In this document: positions 60,315-64,000 of the stretch, one piece after another
Position numbering within the stretch: the stretch's first letter is position 1
Layout of the letters: every line of letters begins with the position of its first letter
Assembly (NCBI GenBank): GCA_965116525.1
Contig: OZ220694.1
Span: forward strand, 48,770-112,769
DNA length: 64,000 bases
Direction of reading: 5' to 3'
DNA from: an uncultured candidatus Porisulfidus sp.
GTDB lineage: Bacteria; Pseudomonadota; Gammaproteobacteria; Poriferisulfidales; Poriferisulfidaceae
Notes under the pieces: model-generated
Seen by the model: the letters and a program-made list of their open reading frames with translations, nothing else
What the model was told of the DNA's origin: nothing
Databases searched by the model: none
Made by a program: the position numbers and the translations under genes

Positions 60315-61319
60315 TTAGGTTTTTGTTTGAGATCCCAGTTCTTTATAGTCGGATCCCGTTTCCTCCATTCCTGCCATGACGGTCAATTGATGGCCATGGT
60401 TGGAGGCGCCGACGATTCGGAGTTCCAGTCCTACATCAATAGGCTGAAGCTTCCGAACGAGTGCATGAGCCTGAGTTTCGCTGTCCGTCAAGATGAATCC
60501 AGTCGGACCCCAGGAACTTTGCCCAACCCCTTGAAAACCAAGTTGTTTCGCTTGTTTCAGGAGGTGCCTGATATTCAGGTGTGAAAATTGCCCGCCTTGG
60601 GCAGGGGCGAAATAATCTCCGATCTTGTCCTGCAGTTCGCCGATTCCCTGGGTGAACCCCGACAAGTCCGATTCAAGCAACGATGGCAGGATGCGCATGA
60701 GGGTCAGGCGGCATAGATGCGCCGCGTCCGAAGCGGGAAATTCGGGAAGAGTGCCAAAAGCCCGACGTTCTGCCTCTCCTGAGAGTCCTTCTTTGTCGCT
60801 TCGCGCCATCAACAGCACGATCCGCCAATGTTCAGGGAAAGGATGCCGAGCAATAATCGGCGGGAGCTGGTTGCCGTCCCCTCTTCCGCCATCGACCAGA
60901 AAACCGCCCTGCTCGAACGAGCCAATGCCGATCCCGGAACGTCCTCCCCGGGCAAGTTTCTCCGCAATTTCGTAGGGAGCCAAGCCTAATTTGAACAGGT
61001 GATTGACGGCGGTGCCGACGGCCAAGGCCATCTGCGTGCCAGATCCGAGCCCCGCATGCTGTGGTATTGCCTGTCGAACCTTGATGCTGATCGCATCTTC
61101 GCGTCCCATCATGCTCAGCAGGCGTCGGGCATACTTGAGCGCGCGTTCTGAATCAGGCCCTTTGGCGGAGTATTCCTTACTGCGGGCGCATTCCACGCAG
61201 GTCTGGATTTCCTTCAGGCTGACCCCAATTCCGCCGAAACGTCGCCCGAGGTCTCCCTGGAGATCCAGGAAACCGAGATGCAGACGCGCTGGCGCCTCGA
61301 CTTGGATGATTTGATCCAC
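60315..61319 (-). CDS. mptG: Beta-ribofuranosylaminobenzene 5'-phosphate synthase (GHMP family)
   Basis: PARLHLGFLDL, HAGLGSGTQ, RSGIG, GQSSWGPT. Confidence 0.9.
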   Translation of the reverse strand: MDQIIQVEAPARLHLGFLDLQGDLGRRFGGIGVSLKEIQTCVECARSKEYSAKGPDSERALKYARRLLSMMGREDAISIKVRQAIPQHAGLGSGTQMALAVGTAVNHLFKLGLAPYEIAEKLARGGRSGIGIGSFEQGGFLVDGGRGDGNQLPPIIARHPFPEHWRIVLLMARSDKEGLSGEAERRAFGTLPEFPASDAAHLCRLTLMRILPSLLESDLSGFTQGIGELQDKIGDYFAPAQGGQFSHLNIRHLLKQAKQLGFQGVGQSSWGPTGFILTDSETQAHALVRKLQPIDVGLELRIVGASNHGHQLTVMAGMEETGSDYKELGSQTKT

Positions 61320-61361
61320 CTGTCAGCTTGGGAATGGTTGACCGAAAAAGTATACAGGAAA

Positions 61362-64000
61362 TCAGCCTTTTTCGCCCACCCAAGCCCGTGCATTCTGGAA
61401 AAGGCGCAGCCATGGGGCGTCCTCTTCCCATTCCGGCGGATGCCAGGAATGCTGCAGGGTGCGAAACACCCTTTCCGGGTGCGGCATCATGATGGTAAAA
61501 CGCCCGTCCGTGTTGGTCAGGGCCGTTATTCCCCTCGCCGAACCGTTCGGATTGGTGGGGTAATCCTCGGCGACGGCCCCATTCGCATCGATATAGCGTA
61601 GGCAAGCGGACTCTTCGAGGGCCATCACGTCGCATTGCGGGTCGATACGGCCTTCCCCGTGCGCAACCACGATCGGAAGACGGCTGCCAGCCATATTCCG
61701 GAGCAGGATGGAAGGTGATTCGAGAATCTCGACTTCGCACAGTCGGGCCTCGAATTGCTCGCTGAGATTCGACACGAAGCGCGGCCAGTGCGACGCACCC
61801 GGAATCAGTTCCTTCATCTGGGAAAGCAGCTGGCAACCATTGCAGACGCCTAATGCAAAAACCTCCGGTCTCTCAAAAAAGTTTTTGAATATCTCGCGTA
61901 ACTCTTTGTGATAAAGGATATTTTTTGCCCATCCGCCTCCGGCTCCGAGAACATCGCCGTACGAAAACCCACCGCAGGCAGCTAGGCCCGAGACGTCATC
62001 CAGAAGGTGCGGGTCGCGTTGGAGATCGTTCATATGCAGATCCTTGCAGACGAAGCCGGCCCGGGAGAACGCGGCCGCCATCTCGACCTGCCCATTGACG
62101 CCCTGCTCTCTCAAGATCGCGACAGTCGGCGATACACCCGTATGGATGTAGGGTGCTGCTGGATTCTCCTTGATTTCGTAGGACAATTCCGAGAAAAGCG
62201 GCGGGGCGCCCCATTGTTCCCCGTTTTCGTATTCGCTGCGGGCGCATTCCTCGTGATCCCGGCGCCGGGCGACCTCGTAGCTGGTGCGGCTCCACAATTG
62301 CTGCAGTTCGGGCAGCGGCCACGCGCTTTTTTCCTCTCCCCTGCAGCAAAGTCGGAGTACGGGTTCAGGGTTCAGGGTGCCAATTGATTCGCAGATCAGA
62401 CCAGCCTCCTCGAATCGATCTGCGATTTCCTTCGCCTGTATGCTTCGAACTTGCAGTACGGCTCCGATTTCCTCGTTGAACAGGCAGCTCAGCAAATCGT
62501 CTGCCGCAACCGGAAGATCAATGTCCAGGCCCACATGGCCGGCAAAGGCGCATTCGCAGAGGCAGGCCAACAATCCCCCGTCGGAACGATCGTGATAAGC
62601 CAGAATCGCATCTTCGTCCAGTAATGCTTGGATTTGGTCAAGAAAGGCTGCCAAGCGGGAAGGATCGTCCACGTCCGGAGTGTCCGATCCCGTTTGTCCG
62701 TATGCCTGTGCCAGTGCCGATCCGCCTAAACGCCGACTTGAATTAAGACTCACCAGCAACAGGCATGAATCGGGATTGTCCTGCAATTGAGGCGTGGCAT
62801 GGCGTCTGACATCCTCGACCGGCGCAAATGCCGAGACGACCAGCGATACCGGCGAGGTAACCTGCTGGTCTTCCCAAGCCGCCTGCATGGACAGCGAATC
62901 CTTGCCCACAGGAATGGCAATGCCGAGTTGCGGGCACAATTCCAAGCTAATCGCCTCGACGGCCTCGTACAGCCCGTACAAGGATTCCACTTCGGAACCT
63001 GCAGCCATCCAGTTGGCGGACAGGCGAACCCGGGTGCGGTCGCACACCCTTACGCTGGCCAGGTTGGTAAGAGCCTCCGCTACCGCCATGCGTGCGGAAG
63101 CAGCCGGTCGATGGATGGCCAGGGCGGGCCGCTCCCCCATTGCCATGGCCTCGCCTCCCGTTCCTTCGAAATCGCAGGCTGTCACCGCCGCATCTGAAAC
63201 CGGGACTTGCCATGGTCCTATCATCTGGTCCCGGGCTGTGAGCCCGCCCACCGAACGGTCCCCGATGGTGATCAGAAATGCCTTTGAGCCCACACTGGGC
63301 AACGTCAGCACCCGCTGTACCGCTTCCGATAGGTCGATGCCCTGTAAATCAAGCGGCACATCCGGCCAGTTCACCGAGGGGACGGTCATGTCCATTCTGG
63401 AGGATTCCCCAAACAGGAACGACAAGGGCACGTCTGCGGCGGCTTCACCGAAGCGTGGGTCGGCCAGATGCAACTGTCCATCTGCCGCCGCTTTCCCGAT
63501 TGTCGCGAACGGGCACCGTTCCCTCCGGCACATTTCGGCAAAATCATCAAGCGCCTCTTCCCGGATCGCCAACACGTAGCGCTCCTGGGATTCGTTGCAC
63601 CAGATTTCCCGTGGCGACATTCCACTGTCGGCGCAAGGAATCTCCCGCAGATTCAGTCCGGCCCCGCCCGGTTCCCCGTCGATTAACTCCGGAATGGCAT
63701 TGGAGAGCCCTCCGGCCCCCACATCGTGCACAGACAGGATCGGGTTGTCCACCCCCCGCGCCGTACATTGTTCGATGACCTCTTGGGCACGGCGCTGCAT
63801 TTCGGGATTGCTGCGTTGTACCGAGGCGTAATCCAGCCCTTCGTCACTGGCTCCCGTATGCTGTGACGATGCAGCTCCACCCCCCAAGCCGATCAACATG
63901 GCGGGTCCCCCCAAGACCACGATCAGGGCCCCTTCGGGAATCGGCTGCTTCTGCACATGGTCGACGCGGATGCTGCCGACACCCCCTGCGATCATGATGG
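61362..64000 (-). CDS. purL: Phosphoribosylformylglycinamidine synthase (5'-truncated by window edge)
   Basis: HDVGAGG, NESQERY, GKDS, GVCNGCQ, MPHPER. Confidence 0.96.
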   Translation of the reverse strand, partial: IMIAGGVGSIRVDHVQKQPIPEGALIVVLGGPAMLIGLGGGAASSQHTGASDEGLDYASVQRSNPEMQRRAQEVIEQCTARGVDNPILSVHDVGAGGLSNAIPELIDGEPGGAGLNLREIPCADSGMSPREIWCNESQERYVLAIREEALDDFAEMCRRERCPFATIGKAAADGQLHLADPRFGEAAADVPLSFLFGESSRMDMTVPSVNWPDVPLDLQGIDLSEAVQRVLTLPSVGSKAFLITIGDRSVGGLTARDQMIGPWQVPVSDAAVTACDFEGTGGEAMAMGERPALAIHRPAASARMAVAEALTNLASVRVCDRTRVRLSANWMAAGSEVESLYGLYEAVEAISLELCPQLGIAIPVGKDSLSMQAAWEDQQVTSPVSLVVSAFAPVEDVRRHATPQLQDNPDSCLLLVSLNSSRRLGGSALAQAYGQTGSDTPDVDDPSRLAAFLDQIQALLDEDAILAYHDRSDGGLLACLCECAFAGHVGLDIDLPVAADDLLSCLFNEEIGAVLQVRSIQAKEIADRFEEAGLICESIGTLNPEPVLRLCCRGEEKSAWPLPELQQLWSRTSYEVARRRDHEECARSEYENGEQWGAPPLFSELSYEIKENPAAPYIHTGVSPTVAILREQGVNGQVEMAAAFSRAGFVCKDLHMNDLQRDPHLLDDVSGLAACGGFSYGDVLGAGGGWAKNILYHKELREIFKNFFERPEVFALGVCNGCQLLSQMKELIPGASHWPRFVSNLSEQFEARLCEVEILESPSILLRNMAGSRLPIVVAHGEGRIDPQCDVMALEESACLRYIDANGAVAEDYPTNPNGSARGITALTNTDGRFTIMMPHPERVFRTLQHSWHPPEWEEDAPWLRLFQNARAWVGEKG

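Overview
GC-rich gammaproteobacterial chromosome segment made up mostly of core genes: TCA cycle (sdhA/B/E, gltA, mdh, acnA, fumC), molybdenum cofactor genes, msrPQ, gltX with tRNA-Glu, the fabD-fabG-acpP-fabF-pabC-mltG-tmk-holB operon, infA/clpA, mnmA, purB, alaC-hom-thrC, surE-pcm-yqaA-nlpD, a tetrahydromethanopterin (H4MPT) C1-oxidation cluster (mptG-mtdB-orfY-mch-orf5-orf7-fae) and partial purL. A dif-like XerCD site at 21425-21452 suggests the window spans the replication terminus. The most unusual feature is a 1318-bp element (26676-27993) carrying only an apparently intact TnpB nuclease gene. It is bounded by 27-bp terminal inverted repeats (TIRs) and an 8-bp target-site duplication (TSD), which is DDE/IS1595-like architecture rather than the IS200/IS605/IS607 architecture expected for TnpB. 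This element and an adjacent IS30 both inserted into the first codons of the normally essential tmk gene, which appears to keep a usable ATG supplied by the TSD. All gene calls come from motif recognition by eye; no searches were run.
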